From an uncultured archaeon (GTDB lineage Archaea; Asgardarchaeota; Thorarchaeia; Thorarchaeales; Thorarchaeaceae): a DNA stretch of 10,790 bases. Every line of letters starts with the position of its first letter. The first letter of the stretch is position 1. Positions 7,146-10,790 of the stretch are shown one piece after another. Under the pieces are notes generated by a model. The model did not search any database, was not told where the DNA came from, and saw only the letters and a program-made list of their open reading frames with translations. A program made the position numbers and the translations under genes. The stretch spans positions 1 through 10,790 of the forward strand of contig CAZPWM010000105.1 of assembly GCA_964590575.1 (NCBI GenBank). Direction: 5' to 3'.

Positions 7146-7634
7146 ATGTTCGATACAATGACAGCAGCGTTGAAGTTCTCACTAACTGGAAAACATATTC
7201 ATATCAATCCTGTCAAAGCAGTGGAGAATCTCACACCAGAGATGGCAGCTAAATTACCAGCGAATAGTGAACATTCCTGCTGGCATATCTTATACCATAT
7301 TGTGTTTTGGCAAGACTTGATGCTTGAGGCACTTAGAAGAAAGAAAGAGGTCAATTGGCCAAAGACCAATGAACCAAGCTGGAATGCTATGATTACAAAG
7401 GATGAGAAGGATTGGAATGACCTAGTAGAGAGGTTCAAGTCTGGAATGGATGAAGCATTGAATATGGCTAAGGACATTGAATCGCAGGAAGAATTACCTG
7501 CATGGCCAAAGGTTCCTGCATATCAAGCACTAATGGTATTTGGCCAGCACAATGCATATCATATAGGTGAAATCGTTGCTACGCGTCAAGCATTAGGATT
7601 CTGGCCTCCTTCTTCAGATCATACAACATTCTAG
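7146..7634 (+). CDS. DinB/YfiT-like four-helix-bundle metalloprotein, 162 aa
   Basis: HSCWHILYHIVFW and HNAYHIGEI carry the DinB His triad pattern. TTTAGTA lies ~20-26 nt upstream, suggesting a leaderless transcript. Confidence 0.9.
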   Translation: MFDTMTAALKFSLTGKHIHINPVKAVENLTPEMAAKLPANSEHSCWHILYHIVFWQDLMLEALRRKKEVNWPKTNEPSWNAMITKDEKDWNDLVERFKSGMDEALNMAKDIESQEELPAWPKVPAYQALMVFGQHNAYHIGEIVATRQALGFWPPSSDHTTF

Positions 7635-7767
7635 TGATGGGTCTTACGCACTCAGACTAGAACTGAATTGAAACCTGGGGTATGACCGAAATCTGTGTGT
7701 AAGTCTTTAGTCAAAAGATTGATGTTCCCGTCATCTTGCCACCATCTGTCTAATGACCAGACCACAC
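7634..7767 (+). ncRNA. Candidate structured RNA element of unknown class
   Basis: Hand folding gives three consecutive stems: 7643-7656/7692-7703, 7715-7724/7729-7737 and 7745-7750/7755-7761. I recognised no known family. Confidence 0.25.
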
Positions 7768-7822
7768 CTTAAATGGAAAGGCTAATCACCAGAAATTGTC
7801 TAAATCGCATCTAGGTGGTATC

Positions 7823-8401
7823 TTGTCAAAACGTATCTACACGAGAGCAGGAGACAAAGGGAAGACAGGTCTCCTATCTGGAGAACGAATCGATAAGTCT
7901 GATCCCCGTGTTGAAGCATACGGAACTGTGGATGAATTAGGTTCAACTTTGGGTGTTGCTAAGGTTCATTCATCAAATCGAATAGCTGATTATCTTCATG
8001 ATATACAACAGAAGTTGTTTCTCATAAACGCAGAACTAGCCACCAATCATGACTCATTGACAATAACTGATCCAATCAGAAATCTGCAACAAATTACTGC
8101 CGCGGATGTCGAATACCTAGAGAAAATAGCGGATGAACTATCTGAAGAATTGCCACTTCTAAATAATTTTGTAATTCCAAGTGGAACAAAAGCTTCAGCT
8201 TTTCTTCATGTTTGTCGAACTGTCTGTCGAAGAGCTGAAAGACGAATTGTGAATTTTGCAGCCTCTCATCATGTCAATGAGGAATTGATTCGATATATCA
8301 ATAGACTTTCCGATCTTCTCTTCGTTATGGCAAGGTATGAAAATGAAAGTGAGGGCGATACAATCATCTCACGAGATGGAGTTCGCACTCTAAAGGGATA
8401 G
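7823..8401 (+). CDS. pduO: ATP:cob(I)alamin adenosyltransferase, PduO/MMAB type, 192 aa
   Basis: Motifs IYTRAGDKGKT, RVEAYGTVDEL, LHVCRTVCRRAER and YINRLSDLLFVMAR. TTG 7823 follows an AGGTG RBS. TATA-like CTTAAA at 7768-7773. Confidence 0.95.
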   Translation: MSKRIYTRAGDKGKTGLLSGERIDKSDPRVEAYGTVDELGSTLGVAKVHSSNRIADYLHDIQQKLFLINAELATNHDSLTITDPIRNLQQITAADVEYLEKIADELSEELPLLNNFVIPSGTKASAFLHVCRTVCRRAERRIVNFAASHHVNEELIRYINRLSDLLFVMARYENESEGDTIISRDGVRTLKG

Positions 8402-8409
8402 TTATGTGG

Positions 8410-8430
8410 TTTTTTTGGAAGTCACTTTTT
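8410..8430 (+). terminator. Oligo-T archaeal terminator after pduO
   Basis: T7 at 8410-8416 and T5 at 8426-8430, just after the stop at 8401. Confidence 0.5.
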
Positions 8431-8477
8431 CAAAACAGGAATATTTGAGATACTTTCAGCACTATCAGAAAACCTGA

Positions 8478-8732
8478 TCATTCCATCAAATAGACGACAT
8501 CATTCTCACGAACCCTGTCTACTACCTTAATCGCTATTTCCTGCCCTTTTGCTCCGGATTCTATCTCTGCTCTATCCACCTGCATTGAGTTGACAACCAT
8601 CTCAAATTTGGTTGTTGCTCCTTCAATGGCGATTTTGCTACCGACCTTGAGAGCATCTTCAAGCATGATGGCTGCGACACCTATTTTATGGAAGTACCTT
8701 GTGACTACTCCGATTTGCTTCTTTTCTCCCAT
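8478..8732 (-). CDS. Small stand-alone translation-factor-like beta-barrel protein (EF-Tu domain II / peptidase U32 C-terminal-like), 84 aa
   Basis: Segments IGVVTRYFHKIGVAAI, LKVGSKIAIEG and VNSMQVDRAEIESGAKGQEIAIKV…VRENDVVY. GGTG RBS upstream. Confidence 0.8.
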   Translation of the reverse strand: MGEKKQIGVVTRYFHKIGVAAIMLEDALKVGSKIAIEGATTKFEMVVNSMQVDRAEIESGAKGQEIAIKVVDRVRENDVVYLME

Positions 8733-8873
8733 ATGACAACACCAGCACTTCTCATTGGGACAATCATTAAGAAAAGTCCTTCGAACTCATCTCATTTAAC
8801 GAATACACGCTACTATCCAAAAAAATCTTTAGATGGAATGGAGTTCTTTGTGGGATATTCGGAGATAAGTGGG

Positions 8874-9206
8874 ATGAGCTCAAAATTATTGGTAATCATA
8901 GCAACGGGTGACAGAGAAAAAGCACTTACCGCTCTTATGTACGTAAAAAATACAATCAAGTATGGATGGATCAAGGATGTAGAAGTTATGTTCTTTGGTC
9001 CTTCCGAGAATTTGCTGGTTAATGACACAGATGTCACTAACTCTGCTGCTGAACTAGCTGGTTTGGGCCAACCTATCGCATGCAAGTTTCTCTCTGATAG
9101 AGATAGCATTTCTGAAAGGATTGAAGGGATGGGCATCACTGTCGACTATGTAGGAACAATCATCGCTGATATGATCAATGATGGCTACATTCCTATGGTC
9201 TGGTAA
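8874..9206 (+). CDS. DsrE/DsrF-like family protein, 110 aa
   Basis: Segments KLLVIIATGD, VEVMFFGPSENLL and PIACKF. ATG 8874 follows GGAG. The ORF-track start at 8688 overlaps the divergent gene. Confidence 0.85.
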   Translation: MSSKLLVIIATGDREKALTALMYVKNTIKYGWIKDVEVMFFGPSENLLVNDTDVTNSAAELAGLGQPIACKFLSDRDSISERIEGMGITVDYVGTIIADMINDGYIPMVW

Positions 9207-9248
9207 ACCTATGATTCATCGTCAACTAATGAAACAAAAAGAGATTGC

Positions 9249-9854
9249 TTAGGTCACTTTCTTTGCAAATATCCAATATTGTTTTTCCCCACCTAAAGTC
9301 AGTATTCCCTCGAATATTATGTTAAACCCTCTTTCTTTCACAAATGCTAGAGTGTTCTTTGGATCATTAGTACTCCACAACATTGGCTCTCCAAAGAATT
9401 CGCTCATTCCTTCTGATTCAAGTATGCCTGTATTTAGGACTAAGATTCCATTATCTTTCAGCATCCGATGGAAATTTTCAATGATGTGTGAATGGTTTGC
9501 TCTTGGGATGTGCCATAGAGTGTACACACAGATAATTCCGTCAAACGATTCATTTGGGAGATCCAACTCGAGAATATTTCTATGATAAAATGTAGCTTCA
9601 GGAACATTCTCTCTTGCTAGATCAATCATCTTCTTTGAAATATCAACTCCTGTTACTTTGAATCCCTTTTTTACTAAGAATTGTGACACTGGCGTTCCGA
9701 CCCCACAACCAGCGTCTAGTATTTCGCCTGAGCTTGGTAGTAACTCTGTGAATTTCTCTAATTCATTTTTAAATTTCTCATTATCTCGGAAACTATGATA
9801 TGCTTCTCCCATTTTATCATAACTTTCTTCGACTGTCTTGAATATCTTCGAAAT
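9249..9854 (-). CDS. Class I SAM-dependent methyltransferase (201 aa from a proposed ATT start; 187 aa from ATG 9812)
   Basis: Motifs ILDAGCGVG, VTGVDIS, FDGIIC…LWHIP and LKDNGILV. The frame stays open upstream of ATG 9812 (ISKIFKTVEESYDK) to a TAG at 9860-9858. The start position is uncertain. Confidence 0.9.
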   Translation of the reverse strand: MSKIFKTVEESYDKMGEAYHSFRDNEKFKNELEKFTELLPSSGEILDAGCGVGTPVSQFLVKKGFKVTGVDISKKMIDLARENVPEATFYHRNILELDLPNESFDGIICVYTLWHIPRANHSHIIENFHRMLKDNGILVLNTGILESEGMSEFFGEPMLWSTNDPKNTLAFVKERGFNIIFEGILTLGGEKQYWIFAKKVT

Positions 9855-9875
9855 TGCCTAGTCCTCCTTCCATAA

Positions 9876-10790
9876 TCAATGATGGTGTGAATGTTCACCA
9901 CCAATTGGAGCAAGTCTACCAAAAGCTCGCTGAACAACCTCGGGTAATGCTGGATGTATATGCATAGCCTGGAACATCGGTTGATAGGTCCCATCTGGTG
10001 TATACATCAGATTGATGATCTCTTGAATCAAGATTGGAGCATAGGGTCCAATTATAGATGCTCCTAAGATCTTTCTGCTTTCTCCATCAACAATGACTCG
10101 AATTAATGATGCTGGATTCCCCATTGCGAAACCCTTGGCTGCAATAGAGTAATCCGCCTGCCCAACTAAGAGATTCAATCCTGACTGCTTCGCATCTTTC
10201 AGTGTCATTCCCACAGTAGCAATTGGTGGATAGGAAAATACAGCACTTGGGATGGCATGATAGTCCATAGTAAGAAGCTCGGGTTCAGTACTCTCTTGCT
10301 CTGCATTTAACGTTCTCACAAAATTGTTCCAGACAATCTGCGACTCATCATTGGCTACGTGTCTGAACTGGTATCGACCAATTGCATCGCCAAACGACCA
10401 GATTCCCTTTTTACTTGTCCTGAAATGGTCATCAACGATTACCCATCCGTTTTTATCAGTCTTGACCCCAGTTTTTTCAGGCTTGAATAGATCTGCATTA
10501 GAGCGCCTACCTGCGGCAATAAGTAAAACTTCGCCTCGAAATTCTGTTCTTGATCCTGTTTCCCTGTCTTTGGCGATTACAACTTTCTCTCCATTCTCTT
10601 CCTTGACCTCGATGATTTCATGATTCGTGAGGACTTTCATTCGCTTTGAGAGTTCTTGTTTGAGAATGTCTGAAACATCTGGGTCTTCGTTTTTCACTAG
10701 GTATCTATTTCGCCCGATAATAGTTACATCTGTTCCTACTGCGGAGAAGAAATGTCCAAACTCAGTCGCAATGTAACCTCCTCCTACGAT
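9876..10790 (-). CDS. Pyridine nucleotide-disulfide oxidoreductase, class I (mycothione reductase / dihydrolipoamide dehydrogenase-like); 5' part lies outside the window
   Basis: The frame is open to the window edge: IVGGGYIATEFGHFFSAVGTDVTIIGRN. Further motifs LLIAAGRRSN, IWSFGD, IPSAVFSYPPIATVG and HIHPALPE. Confidence 0.93.
   Translation of the reverse strand: MVGGGYIATEFGHFFSAVGTDVTIIGRNRYLVKNEDPDVSDILKQELSKRMKVLTNHEIIEVKEENGEKVVIAKDRETGSRTEFRGEVLLIAAGRRSNADLFKPEKTGVKTDKNGWVIVDDHFRTSKKGIWSFGDAIGRYQFRHVANDESQIVWNNFVRTLNAEQESTEPELLTMDYHAIPSAVFSYPPIATVGMTLKDAKQSGLNLLVGQADYSIAAKGFAMGNPASLIRVIVDGESRKILGASIIGPYAPILIQEIINLMYTPDGTYQPMFQAMHIHPALPEVVQRAFGRLAPIGGEHSHHH

Noticed and set aside
5216-7477. 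ORFs 5216-5464, 5531-5821, 6074-6265, 6571-6858, 6763-6978 and 7199-7477
   Set aside because: Antisense or alternate-frame overlaps of better-supported genes, with no motifs.
7633-7695. Fluoride riboswitch, hammerhead ribozyme or canonical C/D or H/ACA guide RNA
   Set aside because: Only partial words match. The fluoride CUGAUGA…CUAC end, the hammerhead CUGANGA core and stem I, ~12-nt C/D guide spacing and an ACA box are all missing.
7652-7765. 37-codon minus-strand ORF starting at GTG (MVWSLDRWWQDDG…)
   Set aside because: No suitably spaced RBS, no recognisable motif, and the length is expected by chance.
7635-7822. Canonical cobalamin riboswitch upstream of pduO
   Set aside because: I found no GGGAA, GCCACTG or B12-box consensus in the expected order on the + strand.
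8813-10623. ORFs 8813-9139, 9319-9585, 9758-9994 and 10324-10623
   Set aside because: Shadow or alternate-frame ORFs overlapping the DsrE, methyltransferase and reductase genes.
9876-10790. Mercuric reductase MerA, or a metal-resistance island with the ArsB-like permease
   Set aside because: No C-terminal Cys-Cys pair, and no mer or ars accessory genes in the window.
1-10790. CRISPR array, IS/transposase, integrase, tRNA or rRNA
   Set aside because: I saw no regularly spaced repeats, terminal inverted repeats, recombinase motifs or tRNA cloverleaf consensus in any spacer.

Overview
This window is gene-dense archaeal-type chromosomal DNA with TATA/BRE-like promoters, GGAGG/GAGGT ribosome-binding sites and several apparently leaderless genes. 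The gene style suggests an Asgard archaeon such as Thorarchaeia, but that is inference, not a database result. In order: the 3' end of an unknown + gene ending in a perfect 10-bp hairpin; a tandem-duplicated Lrp/AsnC regulator (-) divergent from an SCP2 lipid-binding protein (+); an M29 aminopeptidase (-); a 648-aa C-terminally anchored surface protein (-); a 2-TM zinc-ribbon protein (-); an ArsB/NhaD/P-protein-type permease (+); a 2-TM protein with a possible ubiquitin-like domain (+); a DinB protein (+); a structured ~130-nt intergenic element; a PduO-type cobalamin adenosyltransferase (+); a stand-alone EF-Tu-domain-II-like barrel (-); a DsrE-like protein (+); a class I SAM methyltransferase (-); and the C-terminal part of a mycothione-reductase-like flavoprotein (-). 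I found no mobile element, CRISPR array, tRNA or rRNA. The best leads are a probable AUU start codon, a membrane-anchored beta-grasp candidate, a candidate structured RNA upstream of the adenosyltransferase, and a possible low-molecular-weight-thiol gene neighbourhood.
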